Assembly: GCA_965240325.2 (NCBI GenBank)
Contig: OZ251233.1
Span: 372,001-436,000, forward strand
DNA from: Rebecca billardiae RCC1528
Lineage: Eukaryota; Protista; Haptophyta
Reading direction: 5' to 3'
DNA length: 64,000 nucleotides
The position numbers were made by a program, and so were the translations under genes. The stretch's first letter is position 1, and each line of letters begins with the position of its first letter. The notes below the pieces were generated by a model. The model was not told the DNA's origin and did not search any database. It saw only the letters and a program-made list of their open reading frames with translations. Positions 23,145-35,922 of this stretch are shown in pieces.

Positions 23145-26100
23145 AGCAACGACTTCTTTTTTAAAGCGGCCGTTAGCGTGTCCAGCGGCCAGATTAATTT
23201 TCGAAAAATTACTATGCGCTGCGCGCGCGCCCCTAGGGGGCGGCGCGCGCGCGCGGCTGGTCCCCCCTGCATGCCCGCACCGTCAGCTGCCTGATTGCCG
23301 CTACCCAGCCCCGCTACCGTCGCGCGCGACATCCGCGCCGTAAATCACCGTCACCGAGCGGTCCGGCGAGCGCGCCGCCATCAATTTGCTCCTGAGTGCC
23401 GAAAACTCCTTCTCCGGAAGCCCAGCCTCCTCGCGCAGGAGCTTGCGCGCCGTCATGCACTCCGCGATCAGGTCGATCGCGTCGGTCTCCGCCCTGCGCT
23501 GCCATTCGCGCTGCCGCTTGGCGTACTTCTTCAGCCAGAGCCGCCGCACCTTGTCGCCGAACTCCTCTGCCCACGTCGCAAGCGACACGCGGCGCACGAG
23601 CTGCGCGACCGTCGAGATGTGCGGCTCCGCCGTCGACTTCTTCCCCTCGGCGTACTCGCGGACGAATGAGTCGAGTGACTTGCGCGCGTGCACGAGCGGC
23701 ATCGCACGCTTGGTCACCTGCACGAAATGCCCCTGCACCTGCTCGTCCGCGAGCTGCACGAGGCGCCCCCGCCGCCTGAGGCGAGACGCCGTCTGCGCCC
23801 GCCTCCGTGACCGCCCAGACGTTGAAGCGGAGCGGTGGGACGTTGTGCGAGCCCTGGCCGGCGAGGCTGGCGAGGCTGACGTAAGCGCCGGTGCACGCCA
23901 CGATGGCCTTCTGCTCCTCCGCGTAGTCGGCCGCCTCGGCGCCGCCGCCAAAACCGCCGCCGGCCGCGCTGCCGCCTGCCGAGGCAGTGCTGCCACCGAG
24001 GCCGCGCTGCTGCGCGCCGCCGCCGGCCGCGCCGCCGCCGGCCGCGCCGCCACCAGCCGCACCACCACCCGCACTGTCAGCCGCGCGGCTGGCCGCGCCA
24101 CATGCCGCGCCACCGGCCACGCGGACGCCAGCACCGGCTGTGCCGCTAGCCACGCCGCTGCCACTGCCGGCCGCGCCGCCCACGCCGCCGCCCGCGCCCG
24201 CGCCCGCGCCCACGTTGCCAGCCGCGCCCCCGGCCGCGCCCCCGGCCGCGCCGCCGGCCGCGCCACCGGCCGCGCGGACGCCAGCGCCAGCGGTGCCGCC
24301 AGCCACGCAGCTGCCGCTGCTGCTGCCACCAGTGCTGCTGCTGCCGCCCGCACCGGCCGCGCCGCCGCCGGCCGCGCCACCGCCGGCCGCGCCGCCGCCG
24401 GCCGCGCCGCCGCCGGCCGCGCGATCGCGAGCGCTGTCAGCCGCGCCGCTGTCCGCGCCGCCGGCCGCACCTCCGGCCGCGCCTCCAGCCGCGCGGACGC
24501 CAACGCCAGCTGTGCCGCCAGCCACGCCACTGCAGCTGCCGCCCGCGCCGCCCGCGCCGCCGCCAGCACCCGCGCCCGCGTTGCCAGCCGCGCCGCCGGC
24601 CGCGTCCGGCCGCGTCGCCGGGCGCACCGCCGCCTGGCGCGCAGTTGTCGGGCGTGCCGCCGTCGGGCGCGCCGCCACCGGGCCCGCCATCGCCCGCGCT
24701 GTCAGCCGCGCCGCCGGCCGCGCCGCAGGCCGCGCCACCGGCCGCGCGGACGCCAACGCCGGCTGTGTCGCCAGTCACGCCGCTGTCGCTGCAGCTGCCG
24801 CCGCTGCTGCCGGCCGCGCCGGCCGCGCGCGGCCGCGCCGCCGGCCGCGCCGCCGCCGGCAGTGCCGCCGCCGGCCGCGCCACCGCCCGCGCTGTCAGCC
24901 GCGCCGCTGGCCGCGCCGCCGGCCGCGCCACCGGCCGCACGGACGCCAGCGCCGACTGTGCCGCCAGCCACGCCGCTGCCGCTGCCGCTCGCGCCGGCCG
25001 CGCCGCCGCCCGTGCCCGCGGACGCGCCCGCGTTGCCAGCCGCGCCGCCCGCCGCGCCGCCGGCCGCGCCGCCGACCGCGCAACCGGCCGCGCGGACTCC
25101 AGCGCCGGCGGCACCGCCAGCTACGCCGCTACCGCTGCCGCTGCCGCCGCTGCCGCCGGCCGCGCCGCCGGCCGCGTCGCCGGCCGCGCCGCCTGCAGCG
25201 CCGCCAGCCGCGCCGCCCTGCCGCGCTGGCCACGTGCAGCGGCGGCAGCTGGCGGCGCCGGTCGCGGTGGGAGCCGGCCGCTCCGGATCACGTCATTGAT
25301 CCCGTCGGCGTCCGCACTCCATAGCTCGGGCATGTCCGAGTCCGGCCGCTCCGAGATGGCGATCGCCTCCGACGACGCGAGCGCAACACCCTCATAGTTG
25401 CGCACGATGGCGATCGTGGCCGCGCGCGAGTGCGCTGCGTTTGGCCCGTGTCCGCCGAGAGGAGGAGGACATGCGGCTGCCCGCGCGGGCGCGCGGACTT
25501 GCCGTAGTGCTCCAAGCGATCCAGCACGGCGCCCACGGCCTGCGCCCACGGCCGCGCCGCCGACTCGCTGCCGATCATCATCACGCCCGCGCCCGCGTGC
25601 TCGCGATTGCGCACCGCGCTCTCACGTGAGCCAGCCACCGGCGGCGGGATCGGGTGGCGCATGCCCAGGTTGAGCCACGTCGAGAACTCTCGGGCTGGCG
25701 CGAGCCCACGATGCTCAGTGTGCGGTCCTTCTCGCGCGCCTAGTGCACGACGCCCTCGTCGTCGAGCGAGGTGAAGGCATGCAAGACGAGCGCGTCTCAC
25801 GAGAAGAGCCGCAGCTTGGCTACACGCAGCAGGTTGTTCTTCTTCCGCTGGGCCTTGATGGCGACGAGGCTGTTGACGCTGCGCTTGACCTCCGCCAGGT
25901 AGTTCTCGTTCGGCATGATCGAGTGGTCCACCTCGCTCGCGGCCTCGCGCGCGCGCAGCTTGAGCATCTCGTGCGGCTGAGCGCCGCGGCCATGCGCAGC
26001 CATGCAGATGCGGCAGAGACGTGGCGCCCGATGCTTTAGGCACCTTTGCGATGCAGCTTGGGCTTCCTAGGCTTCGCGCAGGAACGCTTGCCCTTGCCCA

Positions 26101-26676
26101 CGGTGAGCACAGCCGTCGCCATTGCTGCGCGCGGCGAGCGCGGTCCCGCGCGGCCGTGCCCGGCGCAGCCGCAGCAAGTTAGTCTGATGCAAATTCCCGG
26201 TCACCCATGCAAAAGTAAGCGTTCCCGCTGCGCATGTGCGTGCATCACGAGTAACCCGCCGCCTGAATAACAACTCCGCGCCCCTCCATACACTTCCTGC
26301 ATCCCCGCGCGCAGCGGCGTGCGGGCGGGCGCGAATTCGCACCGTGTTACGAACAGACCTAGCAAAGTAGATCGGTGTGGCGCGTCGGGACGCGGAGCGG
26401 GTGCGGGGCAGGCGGGGGATAGGTTGGGGAACACCCGCGATTAGAGCACCGGTGGCGCAGCGGCGACGTGGACGCCGCCACACGCGCACGCACGGCGCGC
26501 GCTCGCACCGCGAGTCGAACGTCCGCTCGCCAAGCCCTGCGACGGCGTCCGTGCGACGCCGAGCGACGAACGCTCTCGGGATTTGGCCCGGACCACCAGA
26601 TTCAGCCGTTAACGGCCGAAAATTCATTTGTTGGAGTTTCCTTAACGGCCGCTTTAAAAAAGAAATCGTTGCTGTG
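23142..26676. mobile_element. 3.5-kb TIR DNA transposon with CACAG...CTGTG ends (CMC/EnSpm-Mirage- or Transib-like), probably non-autonomous
   Basis: 34-bp TIRs with one mismatch: cacagcaacgacttcttttttaaagcggccgtta (23142-23175) vs 26643-26676. AT flanks both ends (possible 2-bp TSD). Confidence 0.85.
23301..26003 (-). pseudogene. Frameshifted coding remnant inside the CACAG element, with a Gly/Ala (GGAA)n repeat block
   Basis: Protein-like segments in different frames (EVKRSVNSLVAIKAQRKK; LDRLEHYGK...HVLLLSADTG; IVRNYEGVAL; LDSFVREYAEGKK...WLKKYAKRQREW) flank a ~23940-25220 GCC-rich repeat. No transposase motif recognised. Confidence 0.5.
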
Positions 26677-27026
26677 ATCATCGAATATCGATGATGAGTC
26701 ATCATCGCTTGACGTCATGACGATGTCAATATTTGTCATCGCGTCAGCAGTAGTCGTCTGCGAGGGGACCGAGGTCGACTCAGACTCTATGAGACTGAGG
26801 CTCGGCCCTGGGCCGTGGGCGGGCGTCCACGCGCGTCGCCGCTATTAGTGTACTACTATTACCCATCACCTACCGTGATGAGTCGAAACCCGCTGCCGCG
26901 CCGTCCGGTCGTCCGGGACAGTCTCGTGATGCGCTCTGAGTCGTCTGGCCCTGCGGTGGTGCGGGCAGGTTCTGTGCGAGCCTGCCCGTGAGGCTGCGCT
27001 GCACGTCGTGACACTCCCAACTCCAA

Positions 27027-28214
27027 CTAAGAGTCGGACGGCGTGCTGGCCGCTTCCTCGTTGCCCGCAGAGGTTGCCGCGGGCGTGCGGCGCACAGCAA
27101 ACATGCCGCCGATGCCGCTGGCCTTGCCGCCGTCCTTGAGCCCGCCCTTCTCGCCCGTGTACCGCTCGAGGATCGCCAGCAGGTTGGGCTTGATGATCTT
27201 GTCGCTGTACTTGTCCAGCGGCAGGTCGTTGAACTCGTGGCCGAACGGCTGCTCGATCTCGATCGAGATTGTCTCGATGCCGATCAGCAGGTACGCGATC
27301 AGCACGCAGACGAGCACGCCGCCCCAGCCGACGAAGCCCGGCGTGACGAAGGGCAGCACGAGCAGCCAGAGCGAGAGCAGCGTGCGCAGCTGCACCACGT
27401 ACGCGAACGGCATCTTCGTCGTGAGGATGCGCTCGCACCGGCCGAGCGTCTCCTCGAGCGTCGAGAGGTTGCGGTCGAGCGACATCGCCGTGAACTCGCC
27501 GATGCACCCCGCACGCAGCGCGGCGGCGAGCTCGAGCGCGATGAGCTCGAGGATGAAGACGACCATGTGCTGCGCCTCGATGATGGCCTTGCGCTCCTCG
27601 GGCGTGAGCACGTCCGCCAGCTCCACTAGCTCCTTCTCTCCGCGCAGGTGGCGCTTGAGCACGACCGGGAACGCGATCACTAGCTTCACAAACCGCTGCG
27701 CGCGCTCGCGCTCGCGGATGTACGAGGTGGCCTGGCGGGCGAGGTCGCGCGAGGTGAAGGTGACCATGCCCCAGATGATCCGCCCCTCCCACCACCGCTG
27801 GTACGAGAGGTTGGTGCGGAAGACGAGAAGGAAGAAGAGCGCGGTGCCGATCACGCCGATCACCCACGGGTTGAGCGCAAACACAAACTCGGCCTCGGTC
27901 TCGGCGTCGAGCGTGGTGATGAGCACGCCGTCGAGCCGGCGCACACACATGGCGAGCGCATGCACGCCGATCACCCACAGCACGTACAGCAGGAACGTCA
28001 GCCACGGCATCCGCGGCCGCCCATCGACCGACGTGAAGGACTCGTGCCAGTAGCCGTATTTTGCGCGGTTCATCAGCTCAACGCCTTCGCCGCCCTTGTA
28101 CACGAGGCCTTTGGCCTGCGCCGCCTCCTTGGACATGTCCACACTTGTCTGCATCTGCCGCAGCATGCTGGGCCGCCGGATCTCCGCGGACGGCGTCGTC
28201 TTGGTGTTGCTCAT
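27027..28214 (-). CDS. Bestrophin-like (UPF0187/VCCN/BST type) anion channel
   Basis: FLLVFRTNLSYQRWWEGRIIWG, CERILTTKMPFAY, GIETISIEIEQPFG...NDLPLD. Intronless; likely ATG at 28214. Confidence 0.93.
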   Translation of the reverse strand: MSNTKTTPSAEIRRPSMLRQMQTSVDMSKEAAQAKGLVYKGGEGVELMNRAKYGYWHESFTSVDGRPRMPWLTFLLYVLWVIGVHALAMCVRRLDGVLITTLDAETEAEFVFALNPWVIGVIGTALFFLLVFRTNLSYQRWWEGRIIWGMVTFTSRDLARQATSYIRERERAQRFVKLVIAFPVVLKRHLRGEKELVELADVLTPEERKAIIEAQHMVVFILELIALELAAALRAGCIGEFTAMSLDRNLSTLEETLGRCERILTTKMPFAYVVQLRTLLSLWLLVLPFVTPGFVGWGGVLVCVLIAYLLIGIETISIEIEQPFGHEFNDLPLDKYSDKIIKPNLLAILERYTGEKGGLKDGGKASGIGGMFAVRRTPAATSAGNEEAASTPSDS

Positions 28215-28614
28215 CGCGAGGACGTACCAGGGAGATGCGATCGACTGGGAGTCCTGGCGGTGGGGCCGGCCGGCCAGCGGAGAATCTGCGCTCACGATCA
28301 TCAGGCTCTTGATCAGGCAGTTAATTAAGGGCGGACGATACCAGAGAGGCAGAGATTCCTGGTTCGTCCGCCGCTGAGAACTTTCGTCGAAGTTCTGATC
28401 CCGGAGCGCTCACGGCGGGAAGCACGCAGGCGCGGTCGAGGACGCCACGGGCTCGGCCCACCAGCCGCCTCCCACCAGCCGCGGACACGCACCGCGCCTC
28501 CTCATCGCACGCTGCGATCGCGTCGTCACAGCCAAGAGCCGATCAGCAAGCAGAGTCGTCGAGGCACGGACGGCGTCGGACGAGCCTCCGCGGGGAGCCC
28601 AGCAGGCGCTGGCG

Positions 28615-29315
28615 CTAGCTGCGGCCCGCGCTGGCGGCGCCGTCCGCCGCCTCGAGCCTGCTCGCGAGCTCGTCGATCACCGCGCGCGCCGCGGTCGGGA
28701 TGCGCGTGCCTGGCACAAAGATGGCCGCCACGCCCGCCTCGTACAGCGCGGGGTGGTCCACCTCAGGGATGACGCCGCCCGCGACGACCATCGTCTGCGG
28801 CACGCCCGCCTTCGCGAGCTCGCCCACCAGCTGCGGCATGAGCGCGCGGTGGCCCGCCGCCTGCGTCGACACGCCGACCACGTGCACGTCCGCGTCGACC
28901 GCCTGCCGCGCCACCTCGGCCGGCGTCTGGAAGAGCGGCCCGACATCCACGTCGAAGCCGAGGTCGGCGAACGCGGAGGCGATCACGCGCGCGCCGCGGT
29001 CGTGCCCGTCCTGCCCCATCTTCGCGACGAGGATGCGCGGCCGCCGGCCGAAGCGCTCGGCGAACGCGGCGGCGGAGGCGCGCGTGGCCGCCATCTCGTC
29101 CGCCTCCTCCTCGCCGCACGCGCCGCCCGCGCCGCCGTCGGCGCCGCCGCCGCCGGCCGCGACGCCGCGGTACTCGTTGAGGTAGATGCCGGACTGCAGG
29201 CGCACGTCGGGCGTGTACCGCCCCCACGCGGCCTCGAGCGCGTCGCTGATCTCGCCCACCGTGCACTCGGCGCGCGCCGCGTCGATGGCGAGGGCGAGCA
29301 GGTTGCGCCCGGCCG

Positions 29316-29347
<32 letters not shown>

Positions 29348-31722
29348 GTGGCCGCGCTCGCGGTGCCGCGCTCGGAGACGGCGGCGGCGGTGAGCGCGTC
29401 GAGCGCCGCCTTGACGCGCGCGCCGTCGCGCCGCGCGCGCACCGCCTCGAGCCGTCGCAGCTGCGCCGCGCGCACGCTGTCCGCGTCGATCACCCGGACG
29501 TCCGCGGGCGAGCCGGGTGCCGCGCCGCCGGCGCGATCGGCGCCGCCCGCGGGTGCGGGCGTGTCGGCGTAGCGGTTGACGCCGACGATCACGTCGCGCC
29601 CCGCGTCGATGCGCGCCTGCTTGCGCGCGGCGCTCTCCTCGATCCGTGCCTTGGGCACGCCCGACGCGACCGCCTTGGCCATGCCGCCTGCGCGCGCCGC
29701 GCGCAGGCGAGGAGGGGGAGGCGGCGGGCCGGCGGCGGCGGTCGGGCGCGCGAGCGCGCGGCCGGCGCGCCTCGCGCGCCGGGCGCGCGGACAGACGCGC
29801 AGCGCACGGCCTCGCGCCGAAAGCGCCGCCGCACGCGGCCGGCGCGCGCACCGAGACCCTCCACCTCGGCGATCAGCTCGCGCGCGCCCTGCGCCAGCTG
29901 CGCCGTGAGCGTCTCGACGTAGTACGAGCCCCCCAGCGGGTCCGCCACCTCGGGCAACCCCGACTCCTGAGCGGAGGCGGGGCGCGCGGGGAGGGCGAAG
30001 GGGCGGGCGGTCGCGGCGTGCGCGCGCGCGCGGGCACTGCCGGCGGTGCGCACGGCGGCGCCCCGCGGCTCCGCGCGTGTCGCAGGCGCATGCACGCGGC
30101 CGCATGCGGCGCGCCCGTGCGCGCGTGCTTGCTTGCGTGTGTGTCCGCGTCCGCGCACGCGCACACGCACACACACGCGGCGCACGCGCGCACACGCGCA
30201 CGCACGCGCACACACGCGCACGCGCACTCGCGCACGCACGCGCACGCACGCGCACACACGCACGCACACGCGCACACACGCGCACGCACGCGCACACGTA
30301 CGTGCAGCAGGATGAGCTGAGTGTTGCGCGCCACCTGCGCGGACAGCTCCGTGGGCAGCCCGACCGCCTCGTCGAACGAGTTTGTGTGCAGCGATTGCGT
30401 GCCGCCCAGCACGGCCGCCATCGCCTCCACCGTCGTGCGCACCACGTTGTTGAGCGGCTGCACGCGCGCGCGCGGAACGGGCCGGTCGGGGGCCGGGGCT
30501 GAGGTGCGCGCCGCGCGCGGCTCTCCGCCGCCACGCGTGCGGTCGGCCCGTCGGCCCGCACCGCCCGTGTGCCCTGCCGCAGCCGAGGGCGCGCGCGCCG
30601 CACGCGTGGCGGCGCGGCGCGCGCGCCCGCACCTGCGCCTCCGTGAGCGACCAGCCCGACGTCTGGCAGTGCGTGCGCAGCAGCAGCGAGCGCGGGTTGG
30701 CGGGCTCAAAGTGCTGCTGCATCAGCTCGGCCCACAGCTGGCGCGCGGCGCGCAGCTTCGCCTACGCGGCGGCACGGCGGGGGCGAGCGGCGGGAGCTGG
30801 CCCGGTGAGAGAGACACCAACCAACGCGCTCGCACGCGCGCAAGGAGGTGTGGGCGCCGCCCGGCCGTGGCGGCCAGCGACCAACCGCTGGCTGCGAGCA
30901 GGGCGCGTGCCAGCGCCGGCGCGCTGCGCGCGCGCGCCGTTGCTGCACCCGCGCCGGCCCCCGCCCGAGGGCACGCCTCGGCGCGCCCTCGCGCCCGCCT
31001 CGCGCCCCCACCGCGCGCACGCACGCACGCACCACCTCGACAAAAAAGTGCATGCCGATCCCGAAGAAGAAGGAGATCCGAGGCGCGATCTTGTCGACGC
31101 AGATGCCGCGCGAGGTGGCGGCGCGCACGTACTCGAGCCCGTCCGCGAGCGTGTACGCCAGCTCGAGCTTCGCGTCGGCGCCGGCCTCCTGCATGTGGTA
31201 GCCTGGCGGCGGCGAGGTAGGGCGGGCGCGCGGCGGCGGCGGCGCGGCGGAGGAGCGCAGCGCAACCGTGGCGGTGTGAGCGCGTGGCAACGGAGCGATG
31301 GCGGGCGGGGGCGCGGCGCACCCGAGACCGAGATCGAGTTGAACTTGGGCATGTGCTCGGCCGTGTGCGCCATGATGTCGGCCACCACGCGCATGGACGG
31401 CTCTGGCGGGTAGATGAACGTGTTGCGCACCTGCGGCGCGCAGGGGGCGGGCGGGCGGTGAGAGCGCCGCTCCGCGCGCTCTGCGCCTCGGCTCCGCGGG
31501 GGCCGCCGCTTCGCAGCGACGCGCCGCCGTGCTGCCCCAGCGCACGCCCCTCCACTGCGCACCCCGCGCCTCTTCCCCTCTCGCCGCCTTGCACCCACGC
31601 GCTGCGCAGCCTTCACGCCGCGCACGCGTGTAAGCAGCGCACGTGAGCAGCAGCAGCAGCAGCAGCACACACGCACGCACACACACACGCACACGCACAC
31701 ACCATGAACTCCTTGAGGATGT

Positions 31723-31754
<32 letters not shown>

Positions 31755-32541
31755 CACACGCACCATGAACTCCTTGAGGATGTCGTTCTGGATCGTCCCA
31801 GACAGCTGCGCGGCGGGCACGCCCTGCCGCTCGGCGGCGACGATGTACATGGCGAGGACGGGCAGGACGGCGCCGTTCATCGTCATCGAGACGCTCACCT
31901 CGCCCAGCGGGATCCCGTCGAACAGGATCTGCATGTCCTCCACCGTGTCCACCGCCACGCCCGCCATCCCGACGTCGCCGCTCACGCGCGCGTGGTCTGA
32001 GTCGTACCCGCGGTGCGTGGGCAGGTCGAACGCGACGGAGAGGCCGGTCTGCCCCTTTGCCAGGTTGGCGCGGTAGAACGCGTTCGACTCCTCCGCCGTG
32101 CTGAACCCCGCGTACTGCCGCACCGTCCACGGCCGCCCCGTGTACATGGACGCGTACGGGCCGCGCGTGTACGGGAAGGTTCCGGGAACTTGCGGCAGCG
32201 CCGAGGCGCCGCCGAGGGTGGCGAGGTCGTCGGCGGTGTAGAGCGGCTTTCTGCGCCGACGCGAGCGACACGAATACGCGCACGCGCGCGGTGCGCAGCC
32301 GCCAGGCCGCGGCACGCTCAGCGCGACACCGCATCGCACACGCGCGCGCGCGCGCGCGCGCGGCGCATCGCGGCGCGCACATGGTGATGCCCTCACTCGT
32401 GTGCGTCGAGAGCTGGGCGAGCGGGTCATCCATCTTGAGCTCTTTCTTCGCGAGCTTCTCCCACGCCGCCAGGTGCGAGCACAGCCGCGCGGAGCCGTAC
32501 GCGCGCGCGCGGACGCCGCCAATGCGGCGGGCGGCCAGCAT
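28615..32541 (-). CDS. MMUT: Methylmalonyl-CoA mutase (adenosylcobalamin-dependent), mitochondrial, 8 exons
   Basis: Arg-rich presequence; [61 protein letters not shown] and B12-binding GQDGHDRG. Seven GT-AG introns (e.g. 32251-32380, 31431-31763). Confidence 0.97.
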
Positions 32542-32735
32542 TTTGCGATTCGTCCGCGCCGGCCAGGTTTCGTCGGCGAAAAGAGCCGACGAGCTCGCCG
32601 GACTCGTCGGGTCCTGGATGCCGCTGTCGCGCGCTTGCGGCAGGCGGCAGGCCAGGACTCCCGGCTGGTGGGCAGCGGAGATCAAACCGCCTTCGCGGCT
32701 CAGCGGACGAAAGTGCGACGCGGGCGGGCGGCGCG

Positions 32736-34720
32736 ATGGCGGCGAGCGGCGCGCGCGCCCTCGCGTCCTTGCACAAGCCGGAGCAGCGCTTGGTGGCGTA
32801 CATGTTCGAGTACTGCCTCGAGCAGGGCCTCGCCCACCTCGCACAAGCGCTGACCAATGATGTGAAGGATATTCACAATCAGCTTTCGGACATCGGCGTG
32901 ACGCCCAACCTCGAGGAGAAGCAGTTCATGTACGCGCTCCAGACGCTGGAAGCGAGCGTACTTGAGGCTGAGACCCTCGACGACCTCCTCGGCGTCTACC
33001 TCCAAATGCTGCGCGATGACTTTGGCGCCGACCCGGCCGAGGTGCGCCGGCTCGAGCTCGCAATGCGCGCACACGCGGTCGTGCGCGCGTTCGAGACGTG
33101 CTTCGACGAGGACAAGGGCGAGTGGGCGGACTGGGTGCAAGCAAAGAAGGCGCTCGGCTCGGCCTTCCCCAAGCTCGGCGCGCCCGGGCACAACCCGGGC
33201 AAGGCGCCCGCGCCGAGCCAGGCACAGGCGCAGCCGCCGCCCTCGCACGAGCAAGCGTACCGCGCCGATTACGAGGAGCTGCGCCGCAGGCTGTGCCGCA
33301 TGATCGAGGACAGCGTGCAGAAGGCCGAGCCCGTGCGCGATCGCATGCGCCAGCTCGTCGACGAGTACCCGCCGAGCGCGCTCACCTCCGTCTTCCGCGA
33401 GGTCGTGCTGCACACGCGCGCGCGCTGGCTGCGCGCGCCATCGCACCGCAGCGCGCTCAGTAACTACCTGCTGCGGCAGCGGGCGCGCGCCGGCGGGGAC
33501 GCGGCGGCGGGCGCGGAGGAGAGCGGGGGTGAGGATGCGGAGGAGGCCCCCGCCACCGCCACGGAGGCGGACGCGGCGGCTGCGCCCGCGCAGCCGCCGC
33601 CGCCGCAGCAGCAGGGGGGGGCAGAGGCGGAGGCGGAGGACGAGGCGGAGGAGGGCGAACTGACCGCACGGCGCGCGGCTGCCGCGGCGGCAGCGAAGAA
33701 AGACCGCGGCGTCGACCACGGTGGCAGCTCCGCCACGGGCAAGCGGAAGGCGGGCGCGGCGAGCGCGCACGCGCCCACCGCCGCCGTCGCCGCGGATGGC
33801 TCGGCCGCGGAGATGCCGCCGCCGCCGCAGCGGCAGAAGCCCGCGGCGGGCAAGCGGCCCGCGCACCGGGGTGGCTCGCGCATCGCCGTTGTGCAGGACT
33901 CGATGGAGCTCGACGACTCCGTCGAGCCCGACGCCGTCGAGGAGGACGACGGCGAGGAGGAGGAGGAGGAGACGGCCGCGCTGGCTGCGCAGGCAGCGAA
34001 GCGCGGGCGCGGCGCGGGCAGGACCGCCGCCGGAGCCTCGCGGCGCGTGGACGCAGACAGCTCACTCGAGGAGCTGTCGAGTGCGGCCGGCAGCGAGGCG
34101 GCGGCCGGCAGCGAGGCGCCGCCGCGCCCGCCGCGGCAGGACGTCTCGCGCAACCCGCTCGCGCCCACCGGCCGGCCTTCCAAGACGGCGCGCGTGCCGG
34201 CACCCCAGCTGGCCATCTCGGGCGCGGCGGGGAAGGTCGTGCGCCCGCCCACGACCGGCGCCGCGCGCAAGCGCATCGCCTGGACGCACGACGAGGTGCG
34301 CGCGCGCGCGGTGCCGCGCGCGGGCCGCCCCCTGCGCCGCGCGCCGCCCGCCCGCCGCTCACCGCCTGGCTCCACTTGCGGTGCGCGCGCGCGCGCGCGC
34401 GCACAGACCAAGGCGCTGCTCGACGCTCGGCAGGATCTCATCAACCGGCACGACACGACGAACATGTGGGCCAAGATCCTCGCCCAGATCAAGCCCGATC
34501 TCATCAGTGCGCGCCGCGCGCGCCCGCCCCGCCGTGCGCCTCGCGGCGGTGCCGCCATCGGACCGTCGGGCCGACACGCTTCCGCCGCCCCGCGCGCGCC
34601 GCCCTGGCCCCGCCGCGCCGCCGCGCCGCCGCAGCCGATCGCACCAACATCGACCTCAAGGATCGGTTCCGCCAGGTGAAGAACAAGTTGGACGAGTACG
34701 GCTCGCACTACACGCTGTGA
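32736..34720 (+). CDS. TRF-like telomere-repeat-binding protein (C-terminal telobox Myb), 3 exons
   Basis: Introns 34296-34406 and 34507-34634 give [15 protein letters not shown]...MWAKIL...[14 protein letters not shown]-terminal helical domain and acidic/low-complexity linker. Confidence 0.75.
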
Positions 34721-35400
34721 GGCGGCGTGGCCGCAGGCTGCTGATGGAGGCACCCCCCTCTTCCCGGCCGGCTGGGCGTGGCCAACGTGGGCCTGAACGA
34801 GTCGCCAATGAGACGTGCTCATCTCCGCCCCGCGCAGAATGACTCACACACGTGTCAAACATCGTCGCGCGCCGTCTATCACTATACGGCTCATCGTGAC
34901 GGCGGTGACTAAGCTACTGACTGGTAACTACTATTCGCCGTCCGTGCGACGGCCTGCGGCATCTTGCCGGCATCTTGCTGTTAATGCAGTGCCCTTAGGC
35001 CTTAGTAGCCGCCGGGCAGCCTGCTACTGACCCACGGCGTGGCAGACTGAGACTGGCAGTGGCATCAGTCGGCTGGCAGCCAGTACAGTGTCAGTAGAGT
35101 CGTCATCACTTCTGTAGTAACTAAGCAGTAAGCAGTGCCAGATACGGATATTACGGGCGCGATAGTATAATAACGGTGCCGCGGCGCGCCGAGCCTCTCC
35201 TAAGATCGAACTACGGTACCGCGCGGCCCGGCGCCGCGACCGCCCGTCCGCCGGGCCCCGGCCCCGGGCCGGGGCCCGGCGAGCGGCCCGCGGCGCCGGC
35301 ATCGCCGAGTGCTGATGACTCATGACTCATATGATGCTTCGGATATGATGATAGCAGCAGTACCACGTCCGCCGTCAGACGGTCGTCAGCACTGACAGCA

Positions 35401-35922
35401 GGCTCCGGCTCCGGTCCACCCCCCCCCCCCCAGCTCCGTTACGTCTTGGCCCCGAGCCGAAGTCAACCAAGCGGACCATGCAGCAGAGTCCCTTCCGACC
35501 CCCCACTCACTCACCCCCGATTGATGACTTCAACGAGAAATTGTCGCATCCGACCACCTCCCAATAGGTTCAGACTCTATTTTACTATGTAATTACCCGT
35601 CCCTTACTCAGATTTCAGCACAGCCCGGGAGCGTTGCCGTTCCGGACACCTATATACATTTGCGAAAGTGTCACCCGGGCTGGGTATTTAGTTATAGAAA
35701 ATAGAGTCTGAACCTATTGGAGGTCGGGCTGATGTAATCTGATATCTGGCCGTACAGTACTAAGTATATATATCGATCGTCCAAGGGACCGCCTGGCGGG
35801 TGGTCTAGGAGCTAGCAGTGTATTATATATAGATGATCAGAAGCAGCGATCCCGCCGATTGCAGTGTCAAGATGTAACGCTCCAGTGACCGGACTGTAGG
35901 GGGGTGGACCGAAGCCGGAGCC
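35401..35922. mobile_element. 522-bp MITE with ~24-bp TIRs, AGCA TSD and an internal inverted repeat
   Basis: agca|ggctccggctccggtccacccccc ... ggggggtggaccgaagccggagcc|agca. Inner inverted repeat ccaataggttcagactctatttt (~35562) vs aaaatagagtctgaacctattgg (~35698-35720). Confidence 0.85.

Noticed and set aside
23314-25324. Silk/antifreeze-like Gly-Ala or Pro-Ala structural gene
   Set aside because: Lies inside a TIR element, is frameshifted and is open in many frames because of GCC repeats; treated as pseudogenic cargo.
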